Below are positions 62,001 to 64,000 of a stretch of DNA of 64,000 nucleotides, piece after piece. The DNA lies in the NCBI RefSeq assembly GCF_963853765.1, contig NC_088854.1, forward strand, positions 32,364,001 to 32,428,000, given 5' to 3'. The notes beneath the pieces are model-generated. The model saw nothing but the letters and a program-made list of their open reading frames with translations. It was not told where the DNA came from and ran no database searches. The DNA is from Magallana gigas (Eukaryota). The translations under genes were made by a program, and so were the position numbers. Every line of letters begins with the position of its first letter. Position 1 is the first letter of the stretch.

Positions 62001-63927
62001 CGGTTAATGAAATACTTATCAGAAATTAAAGATTTTTGTAATAGAACATGATCATAGTATTGATTATGCGACAAATTAAAGAATTAAAATCAACTCACAA
62101 GGGTTGTGTGAACAGATTTTATAGATTGCAATGGTTATGACGATTTCGCGTTCCATTAAATATTTACTTAAGTTTCTTGTATTTCATGATCAATTCGATT
62201 CCACCTACTATTCACAAACACAAAAAAAACAAAACAAACATTTTTGAACAGGTGATTGAATGAAAGACCATTATTCATCGACGAATGGGATATGTATGTA
62301 CAAATACCAAAAGAATAAAAGCACAAGTTTGGGCAATATTGGCGATGACAAAACAAGCATTTGCATTACTTCTCTTTCTCTCAATTTTTTTTTCTCTTGT
62401 TGAATCGCAGACGAGACATTTCTGTTTGCTCAAGCCTTCGTGTATAGAGTCATTTGCATTTAAAATTCATCTCTCTGCAATAAAACAGTGTATGTTTCGG
62501 ATAACAAAAAATATAACATGCCAAACAGAAATAGAAGGTACAGTACGTTTTTGTACTTGATATACATGTAGTTTACTGTAATTGATATTATTGTTCTTTA
62601 TTATTGGTAGATATCGGCTTAACAAAAGTATATGTTAATGTGTATAAATTAACTCTGTATTAAATGAATTATTTTGTTATGTATTAAAAATAAATATTTC
62701 TTATTTTCAAATGTATAAAAACCCAATCGTCATATTGGTATTCTGAACGGTGTAATTTGAATTTGTAAATAGATCCCCTTTTTATTTTTTTTTTTTTTTT
62801 TTTTTTTTTGGTGAAGATGAAAAATAGCAATATTTGTGTATTTCTTATATGGCATTTAGTTTTTCCTAAACAGGGAGGCTAATTGGTCAGGTAAATGGAA
62901 AGAAATAAATGTTCGTGGCTAGACGCAATGCAGCCGCTCTTTTTGTATTTAATTACTAATTCAAAACAATTAAAATAGATGGTTAACAAATTTGATTACC
63001 GCTGATTAAACGGAATTTCGCAGGGCACAACAGTTCATCGATTGACAATAATAGTGAGTTACTCGGATTATGAATTTAATACGACAGATATTGTATTTCT
63101 GATCCCTGACTCCGAGGCAATTCGGGCGATCGTTGCCACGCGTGCTTTTATGTTTGTTAAACAATCTAATTTGACGCCACTAAGGGATTCCCGGAGATAT
63201 GATCTTGTTAAATGAAGCGATTGAAATAAATTAAGATAATTGTTTTTCTTCTTTCTAAACAATCTCGGTCTTTTAAAACCAAACTTCGTCATTGCTATCC
63301 CCGACTTTGTTTATGAACCCGATAAGACTAAGTTCTGACTCAGACCAGTATAAGTAATCCCATCAACAATTAGACCGTTATTAATGATTAATAATTAATA
63401 ATCAAATAAAGTGCACTCGGTGTTTAACGATTAGCCCACGTAAACCTGCACATGGCGCGAAATAAACAGCATTCTCTGGCTTACTCCTTCAGGGTTTTTA
63501 TAAAGCTAACATGTTAATTGAGCTTAGTATATAAAAGCGATCAGCAATTAAACGATTTTAATCAATTAATAATTCCATAATGAGTAAGTGGTGGCATGCA
63601 ATTTGTTTTATACAGCAAAATATCATCAAGTAAGTCACGTTTAAGTTTTTAAACTGTATTTCTGTTTTCAATCAAAGTTATCCCCTTTTGAAACTATGTA
63701 TGCATCTAAACGAGGGATAGGTTCCTAACAAAGTAAGTGAACAAGACATTCGTTGTTTGTTGCTAGGACCAAATTCAGTAATTAATTCCTTTCATTCAAA
63801 GAATTTACATATAATTTTATGTTATAAATGAAACGAAGAAAATCATATTTTTGGGGAGAGTTGAAATAGATATCATTGCAGACAGCAGTATCATGAGAAA
63901 TAATGACAATTTGTTTCTCTGTTTTAT

Positions 63928-63929
<2 letters not shown>

Positions 63930-63978
<49 letters not shown>
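63930..63978. repeat. (CT)n microsatellite
   Basis: Visible dinucleotide run. Confidence 0.95.
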
Positions 63979-63982
<4 letters not shown>

Positions 63983-64000
63983 TGTTTTCTTGATACATAT

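Noticed and set aside
63068-63292. Minus-strand ORF (…LRESLSGVKLDCLTNIKARVATIARIASESG…) as a terminal exon
   Set aside because: Protein-like composition, but no upstream partner exon or recognisable homology within the window.

Overview
Eukaryotic, AT-rich, intron-dense genomic DNA; the repeat types and nested-gene family suggest a bivalve such as an oyster (inference). Positions 61-47211 (+) carry the 3' part of one very large axonemal-type dynein heavy chain-like gene. I joined 68 exons by hand with consistent splice phases and no in-frame stop (13,272 nt, 4,423 aa plus stop), running from the linker (DHC_N2) region through AAA1-AAA6, the stalk/MTBD and the C-terminal domain; the 5' end lies upstream of the window. 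The main observation is that the normally catalytic AAA1 site is altered at every key position (Walker A GKT->GKF, Walker B DE->DN, sensor I N->D, sensor II R->K, AAA2 arginine finger R->N), while the ORF, the AAA2/AAA3 P-loops and the microtubule-binding domain are kept. This suggests a probably non-motile pseudo-motor dynein. It also carries large charged low-complexity inserts, several candidate frame-neutral microexons (one only 3 nt), a GC-AG intron and a ~480-aa C-terminal extension with a 9-aa tandem repeat. A complete 3-exon secreted coiled-coil/short-chain-collagen-C4-like gene is nested antisense in one intron. The last intron holds a 2.9-kb inverted-repeat-bounded element with a ~177-bp satellite array. 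Several MITEs, a tRNA-derived element, microsatellites and a strong excess of TACATGTA/TACCGGTA octamers are present. In 48-64 kb I could not support any gene beyond a few exon-like islands. Comparisons with canonical dynein motifs are from memory, not from a computed alignment.
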